Shown piece after piece: positions 11,009 through 22,689 of a stretch of DNA of 27,935 nt. Made by a program: the position numbers and the translations under genes. Positions within the stretch are counted from its first letter, which is position 1; each line of letters opens with the position of its first letter. The notes under the pieces are model-generated. The model searched no databases and was not told the DNA's origin. It worked only from the letters and a program-made list of their open reading frames with translations. The stretch covers positions 1 through 27,935 of the forward strand of contig NW_021827518.1 in NCBI RefSeq assembly GCF_006345805.1. The letters run 5' to 3'. This DNA comes from Octopus sinensis (lineage: Eukaryota).

Positions 11009-11843
11009 CTAGCAGAATTGCCTGGCGTTACTCGGGCTGAATTGCTTGAAAGTACTGTTAATGATTGCACTGAATTATGATGATTATTCAGGCAAATATT
11101 GATATAAGTTTACGGTGGGAGATAAGGACTTAACGATCAAACGTGTGCCATTGCATTGTTTTGGGGGAACCAAATTTCTGATGAGCATTATAGGGGCACC
11201 AACTTTAAGTTTGAGAAAGTGTGGTGGTAGTCCGGGGTGCTCAAAGGATTGAGTACCTCTATTGGATAGTTGATGACGTCCTCTGGGTCAGGAGTTGTAT
11301 CGATAGACTGATATACATAGACTTCCCCAGGATGAGTTTGCATTTCATCATTAATATGGTGAACTGTTTTATTCCTCGGGGCCAGTATAGCCTTTTTGCC
11401 AATCCAATCCATATTCTGATAATTAGCTTGTAGATCTGGGAACACTGCATCTCTGAGATCAGAAGGCGTCTTAACAATGGTACAAATGGAATCGATGGCA
11501 ATATTACCTTTTTCATCCCCTGGTATTTTGCCTTCGCCAAGTGCAAGGAGGGTGGAGGAAATGCTGCTGATGTGATATTACATCGCATATGAGCACGCAT
11601 ATTGGTGTGAAGTTTGAGAGTACTTCCCTTTATTAAAAAAATATGCATTAAAATGGAAAAAAATGATGGTAAATTATTTGTAAAATCATAGACTCATCGT
11701 AGACGCGCGCTAATACCCAGAAGGCTCGATATGAATCACGACTATAAGATACCCGGGTTTGGTTAAACTGCATCGCAAAATGTGGGAGTAGTTAGGAATC
11801 TAGATCGGAGTAGACAGACACACAACCTTTCTTTTATATATAA
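11009..11843 (-). mobile_element. Internally deleted Helitron, family H2, carrying a helicase fragment
   Basis: 3' end CAGCCCGAGTAACGCCAGGCAATTCTGCTAG|T (CTAG at 11009-11012) matches the 3' end at 1951-1981. 11610-11843 is the reverse complement of 1601-1830. The 5' TC is missing. Confidence 0.9.
11110..11541 (-). pseudogene. Helitron PIF1-family helicase fragment
   Basis: LGEGKIP / DEKGNIAIDSICTIVKTPSDLRDAVFPDLQANYQNMDWIGKKAILAPRNKTVHHIN...NYPIEVLNPL / LKLKVGAPIMLIRNLVPPKQCNGTRLIVKSL. These are hallmark Helitron helicase motifs, frameshifted. Confidence 0.92.
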
Positions 11844-11845
11844 TT

Positions 11846-12522
11846 TTTTCGTCCTAAAAAACGTTTGTATGGATTGAATGGTTACCTCTATGGAAATATA
11901 TACACGCACATTATACATACATGTGTGTATAGATGAATATATAAATACATTTAAATATCTATATACACTTTTGGGCGATCTTTCTGTTTCTTAGAGATAA
12001 CTTTAGATCTTATTTTCGTCCTAAAAAACTTTGTATGGAGTGAATGGTTACCTCTATGGAAATATATACACACACGTTATACATACATGTGTGCATAGAT
12101 GAATATATAAATACATTTATATATCTATATACACTTTTTGGCGATCTTTGTGCTACTTAGAGATAACTTTAGATCTTATTTTCGTCCTAAAAAACTGTGT
12201 GCGGAGTGAATGGTTACGTCTATGGAAATATATACACACATATTATACATACATCTGTGTATAGATGATATATAAATACATTTAAATATCTATATACACT
12301 TTTGGGCGATCTTTCTGCTACTTGTATATACTTTAGATCTTATATTCGTCCTAAAAAACTTTGTATGGAGTGAAGGTTACCTCTATGAAATATACACACA
12401 CATTATACATACATCTGTGTATAGATGAATATATAAATACATTTAATATCTATATACACTTTCGGGCGATCTTTCTGCTACTTGGATATACTTTAGGTCT
12501 TATATTCGTCCTAAAAAACTTT
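11846..12522. repeat. Tandem repeat of about 166 bp, about 4 copies
   Basis: TTCGTCCTAAAAAAC recurs at about 11848, 12015, 12181, 12346 and 12506, with conserved intervening sequence. Confidence 0.92.
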
Positions 12523-12985
12523 CCTGTCACACACTCCGCACACGCACACACACACACACACCCGCACCCTCACAACACACACGCACACACCACACACCAC
12601 TCACACCACACACACACACACACGTTAGCTTACAATTTTATTTATATATTACGTGTCTATGTGTGTAAAGAGGAAGTGGGATGCAGAGTGAAAGAGTCAG
12701 TCACTACAAAAAGTGAATTACTTTCACTTATTCGTTGCGCACTGTGTGTGCCGTGTGCGTGTGCTGTAGCCCACACTAAGAAAAGCATTTGACTTATACA
12801 CACAATGTGAGTTTTCTCTAAATTTTTCTTAATTGGGGTTGAAATTTTAAAAAGTGGACCTGGCAAGACCCGATGCATTCTACTCTTAAAAATGCTAGGT
12901 AAATTGTAATTGAAGAAATCCTATATTGTAGATTTCTATAAGAGACAAAGGGAGGCAGATAAAATCTGCCTTTTATATTAAGAGA
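12469..12985 (-). mobile_element. Helitron-like family H1, copy 2
   Basis: Reverse-complement homologue of 57-565, with the same A|TCTCTTA.TATAAAAGGCAGATTTTATCTGCCTCCC start. Confidence 0.65.
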
Positions 12986-13137
12986 TATATACGTGTATCT
13001 ATGTATTTATGTATGTATGGAATGGATGAATGCCTCTCAATATAAATACTGCATGAGTTCATGTACGTATACACACACACCTACACACGCACAAACACAA
13101 GCGCGCGCGCACTTACACATATACACATAAACATTCA

Positions 13138-13175
<38 letters not shown>

Positions 13176-13221
13176 CCTATATATATATAAATATATGCAC
13201 AGATGTACTTTTGTAAGTTGT

Positions 13222-13267
<46 letters not shown>

Positions 13268-13394
13268 TGTAAGTTTGGCGTCAATGCATTTCGGTGCATG
13301 ACGATTGTAAATTCTTCGCTCTGCTTCATTCATTAAAACCATTGCACATTTTTCCTCCTCAGATTCAATCACAATGCTGCATGACTGACACGGG

Positions 13395-13868
13395 TTCGCC
13401 ACCGCCACCGCCGCCGACACCACAACACCACCATCACCCCCACCCCCACCGACACCATACCCACCATCACTGCCACTGTCACTACCACCACCACCTCCAC
13501 CACCACCACCACCTCCACCACCACCACCACCACCGCTAGCACCACTTCACGTCCTCAACCCATTACTACCAGCCACTGCACCGACACCTCTCTTTATCTC
13601 CTCTCCCTTCCCCTTCTCCCCCTATTCTTAATCTCATCATCCTAATTCCCCTCCCTCCCTCCCTTCCCGCACCTTTCTCCACCCACCCCACTCACCTTCT
13701 CATCTTAAACACTCGCATGATTCCTTCAAAGTTAAATAAGCGAAACATGCCTTACGGAATGTTAAGCAACCGCCACTTAAACGACGACGACGACGACGAC
13801 GGGCAACACCACTACCACCACCACCACCACCACCACTACCATCACCACAAACACCACGATCACTGCTG

Positions 13869-13907
<39 letters not shown>

Positions 13908-14148
13908 ACTACTACTACTACTACTACTACCACTACTACTGCTGCTGCTAGTACTACTTATTACTACTACTTACTACTGCTACTATTACTACTACTACTG
14001 CTGCTGCTAGTACTACTTCTACTACTACTGCTGCTGCTACTACTACCACTACTACTGCTGCTGCTATTACTACTTCTACTACTACTGCTGCTACTACTAC
14101 TACTACTGCTATTGCTGCTGCTGCTGCTGCTACTACCACTACTACTCG
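13395..14148. repeat. Low-complexity block: (CAC)n, C/T-rich, (GAC)n, (TAC/TGC)n
   Basis: Directly visible. Confidence 0.9.
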
Positions 14149-14229
14149 TTGGTTCGAATTGCTAAAAATAACAAGCATATACGTTCAAATCACACTGTAC
14201 CGTATGAAGAATGGAAAGGGGACAGGGGC

Positions 14230-15060
14230 TGAAAGATCTGGAGGTATGTAAACCGATTTACTACTCATTGCTGAAATGATTCTGTTCAGTGAAGGGTGGT
14301 GTGAGCTTACACAACAACAACAGCCTGGCTTTTACTATCGGGGCCTCTCTCACGCACACGCTGCCAATTTTGGGGTACCACGGGGTTCGGATTTCTCCCC
14401 GCAACACTGTATGTACCTGTTATACACCACCGAATTGCATACTGCCATCTCTGACAACATCCATTCTACATAGATGGTCCACCTCTCGGTCCTTCCTGCT
14501 CCTCCGCTTTCATACATTAACCACAAACAACTGAGGCAACTCACACCAATCTTGCACCGATTCCACGAACAGAAACTTTGAAAGCCTCATCCAATTGTAT
14601 CATATTAATCTTGTCCCCTACCCCCTACTTCAACATGCGCAGCACCTTAACCAGAAAACCCCGACGATCTCTCTAGGGGAAACTCCACCATTAGCATAGC
14701 AAACACTGGTCTTCATCTTAAAGTCGGAAACATTTTCCATTCCTTGCAACTACAAACTCTCAACATAGATAAATGGCAGCCCCAATGGAAACTTGTTCTC
14801 ACATGTGGGGCGGAACAGGTGCCGCACACAAAGACACCCTACATGGCTTTGACTGACGAGCATGAAGTCACTCACAAATACCAACGTCTCTCTCTTCTCT
14901 GTATTTTTGCTACCGTTTCTACAGCAACCTCTGTTCCTGCTATATTGTACATTGTGCCATACAACTACTCTAAGACTTCAAAGATAACCTTTTGCTGCAT
15001 ATGAGCAGACCCTATTAAGACAATTTCTTTTACAACGTCCATACCATATTTGGTTTTAAG
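14230..15060 (+). mobile_element. Decayed CR1-group LINE, reverse transcriptase and downstream region
   Basis: FGVPRGSDFSP..YLLYT (GVPQGS motif, about 14370-14430), METCSHMWGG (14785-14814, cf. MEYCSHIWGG) and SL..CYRFYS.LCS (cf. SLFYRYY.G.CS), in the expected order. Confidence 0.65.
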
Positions 15061-15102
15061 TTGGTCAAGAAATTGCGACAGGTTATTATCATTCACATAC
15101 GC

Positions 15103-15440
15103 ATATTTCGCCCGTCGCTAGGTTCTGAGTTCAAACTCCGCCGAGGTCGACTTTGCCTTTCATCCTCGGGGTCGATAAATTAAGTACCCACTCCCAAATT
15201 TCAGGCCTTATGCCTTTAGTAGAGAGAATTATTATTATTAATAACGCGGCGAGCGGGCAGAATCGTTAGCTTAGCGGTATTCCGTCTACCGCTACGTTCT
15301 GACTTCAAATTCCGCCGATGTCGACTTTGCTTTTTATTTTTTCGGGGTCAACAAATTAAGTACCAGTCAATTACTTGGGTCAATGAAATCGATTATCTTC
15401 CTCTCCACAAATTTCAAGCCTTGTTCCTATAGTAGAAATG

Positions 15441-15491
<51 letters not shown>

Positions 15492-15825
15492 AAGGCGACG
15501 AGTTGGCAGATCGTTACCACGCCAGGCAAATGCTTAGCGGCATTTCGTCCGTCTTTACGTTCTGAGTTCAAATTCTCCCGGGGTCGACTTCATCTTTCAT
15601 CGTTTCGTGTTCGATAAAATAAATACCAGTTGAATGCTGGGGGTCGATTCAGATGACTTAACCCCTCCTTGAAATTGCTAGCCCTGTACCAAAATTTTAA
15701 ATCATCATGATTATTATTATTATTGTCGACTTTGCCTTTCATCTTTTCGGCGTCGATAAAATAAGTGCCAGTGATTGACTTATCCCTTCTCTCAAAATGG
15801 CTGCCCTTGTAGCAAAATTTGAAAC

Positions 15826-15874
<49 letters not shown>
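15103..15874 (+). mobile_element. Head-to-tail array of four SINE family S2 copies with (ATT)n tails
   Basis: Units 15103-15243, 15244-15490, 15491-15724 and 15725-15874 share GTCGACTT...CGATAAA.TAA.TAC-type cores. The first three carry the B-box-like GTTCTGA.TTCAAA. Each ends in (ATT)n. Confidence 0.85.
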
Positions 15875-15875
<1 letters not shown>

Positions 15876-16307
15876 TATGTTTGACTTTTGCTTTATGTCT
15901 GTACAAGTTGGCTCCCAGTCTCACCAGAACCTCAAGGGACACAGGTTGGAAGTTCTGTGCCATATATTTGGGTTTTTTTTTGGGTGTACTAGTGAATGTC
16001 TAATACATAAAAATAAAATTTAAAAAAAAAAAAGTTTGTTTTAAACCTTGGGATTACATAGAGAGTATTTTGCGTAGGATATGAGCAGTTCCCATGAGCA
16101 CTATCTTTTGAATTTCTGCCATTTTGGGGTTCCTGGTATCTGAGTTAGGTAGCAATCAGTCCTTTCGCTATCATTCCCAGGGCACCTATGACAACAGGTA
16201 TTGTTTTAGTCTTCAGCTTCCACATTTTGCTGATTTCTATTTCAAGATCTTTATATTTGCTCAGTTTTTGGTAGGTCTTGACAGATACGTTTATATCGAT
16301 TGGGACG
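15875..16307 (-). mobile_element. R4/Dong-type RLE LINE 3' end, E1
   Basis: VPIDINVSVKTYQKLSKYKDLEIEISKMWKLKTKTIPVVIGALG / AEIQKIVLMGTAHILRKILSM* (stop at 16054-16056), then a 3' UTR and (AAT)n tail. (TAA)n at both ends. Confidence 0.85.
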
Positions 16308-16350
<43 letters not shown>

Positions 16351-16651
16351 GTTCTCTTTATCACAAGTTTTGGTGGAAGTCCTTGAGTCTTGTATGCGTA
16401 GCAGGCTTGCTACCCGAAGCCTACGGTACCATGCTATCCGTTCTTTTCAGCTATCTAATACTTTCCAGATTATTCTGGCCGTGCCAAGGAGGCAAACCTT
16501 TTGTTACAGTTCTACTGGGCATTCTATTCCAATTTCCTTTATATTCTCCTTGATGCCTTCTGATAATTTTCTCAAGGAGCCAACAATAATTGGCACTATC
16601 TTAACCTTCTTCATTTTCTATAGCCGGACTATTTCGTACTTAAGAGGGTTG
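16351..16651 (-). mobile_element. R4/Dong-type RLE LINE E2, distal (3') half
   Basis: YNPLKYEIVRL*KMKKVKIVPIIVGSLRKLSEGIKENIKEIGIECPVEL*QKVCLLGTARIIWKVLDS* (stop at 16447-16449), then a 3' UTR and (AAT)n tail at 16308-16350. Confidence 0.85.
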
Positions 16652-16756
<105 letters not shown>

Positions 16757-16799
16757 GTATACTCATCTTTATTTCTTTCTTTCTTTCTATCTATCTTTC

Positions 16800-18897
16800 A
16801 TAGACAGAGTAGTTAAGGAACCTGGCATGGGTGGGTCCTGATCAATTTGGATCAATCGAAAGCTTTTGATAGGGTAGACCATCGATACTTGGAGGCAGTC
16901 CTGAGAGCAGCTGGTTTCGGTCCCGTCTTCCGCGGCTGGATAGCTGCTTTGTACAGAGGTATCCGTTCGGTAATTCGCGTAAATGGACATCTATCGAGAC
17001 CTTTCGACATTGCACGTTCGGTCAGTCAGGGATGCCCCCTCTTGTTGCTTCTATACGTATTGACTCTCGAGCCATTATTGCGGAAGCTGGCGACTCTGAG
17101 AGACATCCCGCGAGAATTGGGATGCGGGACGAGCATGTCTGCATACGCGGACGACGTCACCGTCATAGTGTCTAGCCACGAGCACATCGAGCTGGTCGGT
17201 GAGACACTGAAAGACTACGAAGCGGTGATAGGAGCGAAAATCAACCGGGAAAAGTCAGTGGGCTTGCGGCTCGGCACCTGGCGAAGCAAGCCCATGCCGT
17301 CCACCAGCACCTCCGTCGTGGGACGCTGGATGGACGGCCCGGTCGAGTTGCTCGGGGTCTGTTCGGTCCGGACCTCCAAATGGAGAAGAACTGGAACGAG
17401 ATAACGAGTAGCGTGGTCACTCTCGCCCGGCAATGGACCGAGAGGAAACTGTCCCTAAAAGGTCGGGCGGAGGTGGCGAACACGTACATCGCGTCCATCA
17501 TCTACTACCGCCTGACCGTCGTACCTTGTCCAGACCCTACCATCACCAAACTAGAACGCATTCTCTTCCGCTTCTTGTGGAAAGGATGCGTCCCGATGGT
17601 CAGACGATCCATTTGCTGTTAACACCCGTTCAAAGGAGGGCTGGACATGCCGTGGTTGATGATGCGCAGACACGCGCTGAGACTGCGACATCTCCGGCTC
17701 TATGTAGACGACGGTGAACAGGTGTGGTCACCGTTTGTGAGGCATGCTTTCCCGCAGCTCGTCTCCATGACAGAACTGCAGTCGTGGATCAAAAAGAGGC
17801 CGAGGAAGGGCGAATGGCACCGCGAGTGTCGCGTTGCTCTCAAGCAACTATGCCGTCCCGGGTCGACCTTGAGTGACTTCAACACAACCAAAGCATTCTA
17901 TAGGGGATTAGTGGAGGGGAGGTACGACGACGATCTTGGGGCGAACCTGGGCGTCGATGAGGAATACCTGACCCACCTGTTTGAGACGACTTTCGGGCCG
18001 GGACCTATGAACAACTTCCAGAGATCCCTGGCCTGGCAGTGCTACCGAGAAGCGCTACCCGTTCGGGATAAGCTCTATAGGCATGGCTCGAGAAACTCGG
18101 GGCCGACCTGCCCGAGATGCGGTCAGAGCGGCGAAACCGTTCTGCACGCAATCATGCAGTGTCCAACAATTTCTGACCTGGGGCTTATGTCGAACGACTG
18201 CTGTCACGTGTGGGACGAGTCGGTTATCACCGAGTCTATCGTTAATATCGTCACGCCTCCTTCCTTCAAACGGGAAGGAAGAGCTATTTTTTATCATACT
18301 TGTGGCTATGGCGAAAGAATGTATCTGGTGGACGCGCCTGAAAGGATTAGAGACAAACACTTTCCTCTCTGGTCAATCTCTCATCACTCTTCAAGTATCA
18401 CTTGAAAAGGAAAGTGAGATAGAGAGGCAAGTTTTGTCTAGTGAATGTTTTAGAAAAAGATGGGTGAATGTAGTAAGGATGGCACGTATGAATGACGAAG
18501 TCCACCTTGACTATGATCCTATGAACAGTAAAAATTAATACAGAGAGTTGCTTATTTGTAAAAAAATAAATATAACATGTGACTTCATTGACCGAGGTTA
18601 CCGTGGTCTCTTCCGTAGGCTTTTCTTTCCACGAGTAAACCTCACCTGTCTTCCCCTTTACACTTTACATTGACATTTCTGTGATAACGATCCTTATTGA
18701 TCGATTTTTTCTTTTTCCTTTTTTACTTTCTTTTTCTTTTTTCTTTTTTTTTCTTTTTTCTTTTGCTTTTCTCTTTCTTTCCATTTACGATCCCTTTTGA
18801 TCGAAAACCAACCCACCTTTTTTTTATCTCCAAAAAGAAAAACTCTACCTTGTAATTTGTCCCGTCTGTGTGCAGCCCTGTGTGGCTAATAAAGAAA
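16800..18897 (+). mobile_element. 5'-truncated Tx1/L1-clade LINE (ORF2 pseudogene plus 3' UTR)
   Basis: LDQSKAFDRVDH, SVSQGCPL, AYADDV, GAKINREKS (reverse transcriptase). The C-terminal LPVRDKLYRHG..CPRCGQSGETVLHAIMQCP is a zf-RVT-like motif. Frameshifts near 16835, 17345 and 18180, stop at 17620. T-rich 3' UTR, AATAAA at 18888-18893. Confidence 0.92.
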
Positions 18898-18898
18898 C

Positions 18899-18922
18899 AT
18901 ATCTATCCATCTATCTACTTTC

Positions 18923-19006
<84 letters not shown>
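18899..19006. repeat. (TATC)n, right of the Tx1 insertion
   Basis: Directly visible, imperfect at its start. Confidence 0.95.
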
Positions 19007-19437
19007 TTTTTGCCTTCTTTCTTGACTATTCGTGGATCATCAACTATATAACATGCGTCGTGCCCTTTTTGCCCCACCACGAGGTCCGGTCTGTTATGTT
19101 CTAGCACCTGATCTGTTTGGATTGGGAAATCCCAGAGCATTCTGCTAGTCTCCAACTCTACCACTCTCTGCGGTTTGTGCTCATACCACGTCTTGACTTT
19201 CTCTAGCTCCCACTTTTAGCACAGTTTCCAGTATAGCACTTTCGCTACATGATCGTGTCGCCACAACATGTAGTGGTTTTGGGCAAGTCTAAGGCGTTCG
19301 TTCGTGATATGGGCAATGGTTTCATCCACCCTATTGCAGATGAGGCACAGCAGAGACACTTGCTCATTTCTATGATTGACCCTTCAATTCGTTGCTAAAG
19401 TTTGGTTTTGCGCTGCCAGGATAGTGCTCTCGGGGTC

Positions 19438-19440
<3 letters not shown>
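19007..19440 (-). mobile_element. R4/Dong-type RLE LINE E2, proximal half
   Basis: ESTILAAQNQTLATN*..CLICNRVDETIAHITNER (CCHC, last C mutated to R)..RHDHVAKVLYWKLC*..WYEHKP..LWDFPIQTD..HNRPDLVV..CYIVD (PD..D endonuclease). Truncated at (TAA)n. Confidence 0.9.
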
Positions 19441-19494
<54 letters not shown>

Positions 19495-19511
19495 TATTCA
19501 TCATCATCATA

Positions 19512-19581
<70 letters not shown>

Positions 19582-19595
19582 GTATTATTATTATT

Positions 19596-19715
19596 GAGTG
19601 AGAGACAGTGCATGCCATCAAAGTGACACCGGGGAAAAATATACGAAGCCAATATACCCATCATGACTACCCGTCTGATAAGTCTAACACTAGGCACATG
19701 CATCACAACCATATG
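19596..19715. repeat. Short interspersed repeat fragment between (ATT)n tracts
   Basis: GAGTGAGAGACAGTGCATGCCATCAAAGTGACAC... bounded by (ATT)n on both sides. I recall this as an abundant octopus repeat; single copy here. Confidence 0.45.
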
Positions 19716-19727
19716 TTATTATTATCA

Positions 19728-19766
<39 letters not shown>

Positions 19767-19789
19767 TTATTATTATTAATTATTTTATT

Positions 19790-19971
19790 CAGTAGTTTTA
19801 TTTTTTATAGCATGCTTTCACTTCACTACCGCGCAGCTCTGTGTGCCTTGGTTATGTGCTGTGATTTGTTGTGATGCCTGATGGTTATTGTATGGAAAGT
19901 GTTTCTGCGTAGGATGTGTGCAGTGCCTAGTAGTGCAATTTTCTGTATGTTATATGTGTTTGTAAGTCCTG
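19790..19971 (-). mobile_element. R4/Dong-type RLE LINE extreme 3' end, E3
   Basis: GLTNTYNIQKIALLGTAHILRR, then a 3' UTR and (AAT)n tail at 19716-19789. 5' boundary at (TAA)n. Confidence 0.8.
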
Positions 19972-20037
19972 ATTATTATTATTATTATTATGCTTATTAT
20001 ATTATTATTATTATTCTTATTATTATTATTATTATGC

Positions 20038-20079
<42 letters not shown>

Positions 20080-20123
20080 TTATTATTGTATTATTATTAT
20101 TATTATTAGTAGTAGTAGTAGTA

Positions 20124-20760
20124 TTTCAAAATTTGCTTCGCATCTCACCCCTTTGAATGAATTTAGGTGGGTTTACTCATGGATAACAAGTTATCACCTT
20201 TGATCTCAGTCATCCAAAATCTTTCGAATGGCCAGTTGCATGTACTCTATGTGCTTCTTCAAGCCAATCTTTTCTGTCCACACTTTGAGCCTCTTTCCCA
20301 TCATTACTAAGGCACCAATAACAGTTGATATGACTTCACCTTTTCTGTAAACCCCTCAAACTGTTTATCCATCACTCTTCAGGTCCGGTTATATATCTAC
20401 CTTGTTGATCTCCTTTATATTTTTATTCTTGTATCAAAAGGACAAAGAACATCAATTATGTAGCAAGGCTGTTCCCTCTTCTCAAATATCATGATATCTG
20501 GTCTGGTATGTTCTAGGACATGGAAGTTTAACCTCATCATTCTCAGTGACATTTTCAAGTGCATGTTCATACCATTTATGTCCTGATGGAAGTCCATACT
20601 TATCACACACTTCCCAGCGGATGATTCTTAGAACATTATCGTGTCTCCAAGATTTGTACTGTTTCTGTGCGAGTTAAAAACATTCATTTACTATGTGGAT
20701 CACTGCTTCTTCTCGTTCATCGCACAATATGCACAATAGCGTCATACTGACCCCTGTCCC
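20124..20760 (-). mobile_element. R4/Dong-type RLE LINE 3' part, E4
   Basis: CILCDEREEAVIHIVNEC (intact CCHC)..RHDNVLRIIRWEVC..WYEH..HTRPDIMIF..CYIIDVLCPFDTRI. Ends in a (TAC)(AAT)n tail at 19972-20123. Confidence 0.88.
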
Positions 20761-20831
20761 ACTTTTTGCACTATTTGTCCAGAGGGCTTGATCCTATGTT
20801 ACCCTGGATTAATCTTTCTCTCTCATTATTA

Positions 20832-21280
20832 GGGCGGCGAACTGGCAAAATGGTCGCCCGCAGGACAAAGATACTCAACCATATTTCTTAAGGCTCTTTA
20901 TGTTCTGAGCTAAAATTCAGCAGAGATCGATCTTGTGTTTCATCCTTTCAAGGGAGATAAAATAAGTACCAGCTAAGTATCGAAATCGACTTTCACACAC
21001 TTCTCAAGATTACTAGCCTTATACTAACATTAGAAAGAATTACTATTAAAAAAAGGCGATGAGCTGGCAGAATTGTTTGCACGCCGGGAAAAATGCCGCC
21101 ATACATTTTGTCGGACTTTACATCCCGAGTTCAAATTCCACCGTGGTGTACTTTGCCTTCTTCTTTTCAGGATCAATAAATAAGCACTAGTCAGAAACTG
21201 GAGCCGATATAATCGACTAACCCCCAACACCCAAATTTCAGGTCTGTTTGTGCAGTGAGGGTCATTACTGTTATTTGATT
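20832..21280 (+). mobile_element. Two tandem degenerate SINE S2 copies
   Basis: GGCGGCGAACTGGCA at 20833 and GGCGATGAGCTGGCAGAA at 21055. Homologous to 15491-15724. Confidence 0.7.
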
Positions 21281-21489
21281 TCCTTAGTGAGATGGTTGAC
21301 CAAGGATATTGTTCAGAGGTTTCTCGCATCCTTTTCTTCACACATACGAGGTTCTTGTGATGAGAAAAGCTGCTTCTTTTAGACATTCACATGCGTTTAC
21401 TGATATGATTTTATCTAATGGAATATCAATTCATTTACGGGTTTTACCTTTCCTTTCGTTGATGATATCTGATTTGTTTGCTTGAATTG

Positions 21490-22455
21490 CACGGTCTTTG
21501 CATTGAAGATTTAAAGATTTGTGACCGAGAAATTCGTAGATGAGTTTGCAATGATCGTCATTGATAAAAATTTAACAGCCGAACAAATGTTTAATGCTGA
21601 TGTATCATCGTTGCCCTAGCGTTATTATCTTAGGAGCTATCAATCTCTCGTTGCTGCAGTTAATGAGAGATTAACCTCAAGAGATAAGGATGCCAATGGC
21701 AGATTAACTGTGCAGGGATATGTCAATGCAGCAGAGATGTATATGTGTAAACTAAGGCAAAAACCTCCGTCCCTACTTTTTTTTAAAAGGCTTGAATATA
21801 TTACCGGCACATTATTATGCTAACAAAAGACATAGGTTATAGAATCATTTCTCTGATTGGGTTAACAAATATTCTGTACCAACCCCTCGTATACACAGCA
21901 GGGGCCAAGGACTGGATGCTAATTGCAAGGTTTTGTTATTGTTGGACAACTGTTCACTTCATCCTACAGCTGAGATTCTCATGAAAAATAACTTTTATGG
22001 AACTTCATTAAATATGGCGCTTTTGATTCATTCACGTGACAAATAGATTCGCAATTCATTGACGACTAAACATGAAGCCAATCTCTAGAAAAGCAAACTG
22101 GCAGCCGTAATCAGAGATGCGAAAGGCTTCCGACAACCGTTTACTGAAAACGATGTCATAAGTATAATTGCAAAGGTGTGGCACGAAGTAGCAAATGGTA
22201 TTCTTGCGTAAGCTTAGCACAACTTCGACCATGTTTGACGGATTTCTCTTGTCAACTGATAAAGAAAAAATCGCGTCATACTTCTTTATACATGCAAAAA
22301 GTAGACTCCTAAAATCAATCAGCATCGTGGAGAAAAAACACATGATCGATAATGACGATCGATTTGTTCATTCCACGGCTTGATTCTCAAAGTGATTCGA
22401 ACGATCATAACAGTGACAATGATGATGATGATGATGATGACGACGACGACGACGA

Positions 22456-22487
<32 letters not shown>

Positions 22488-22530
22488 TTGATGATATTGT
22501 GAACTCACTGAAAAAAGCTGTACAAGAATG
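21490..22530 (+). pseudogene. pogo/Tigger (TIGD/JRK-like DDE_1) transposase pseudogene, fragment 2
   Basis: EKFVDEFAMIVIDKNLTAEQMFNAD; KDANGRLTVQGYVNAA; LPAHYYANK..FSDWVNKYSVP..CKVLLLLDNCSLHPTAEILMKNN (second catalytic D at about 21945); acidic tail. Many stops and indels. Confidence 0.88.
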
Positions 22531-22548
22531 ACTTGGTGGAAATCTGTA

Positions 22549-22651
22549 TCTTTTATCTTTTACTTGTTTCAGTCACTAGACTGCGGCCATGCTGGGGCAC
22601 CACCTTGTGGAACTTTAGTCGAACTAATCGACTGTCGGTACTTCTTTCCTT

Positions 22652-22689
<38 letters not shown>

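Noticed and set aside
11188-11445. Host PIF1 helicase exon
   Set aside because: Frameshifted, and enclosed by Helitron terminal sequences shared with a non-coding copy.
11846-12522. CRISPR-like or coding repeat (ORF 12361-12792)
   Set aside because: Ordinary tandem repeat with homologous units; the ORF runs into (CA)n.
13294-13539. His/Pro-rich exon after a good acceptor (TTTTTCCTCCTCAG, about 13362)
   Set aside because: No donor site follows, two frames stop at once, and the third runs into (CAC)n.
16847-18538. Functional reverse transcriptase gene
   Set aside because: 5'-truncated (no endonuclease domain), with several frameshifts and an in-frame stop.
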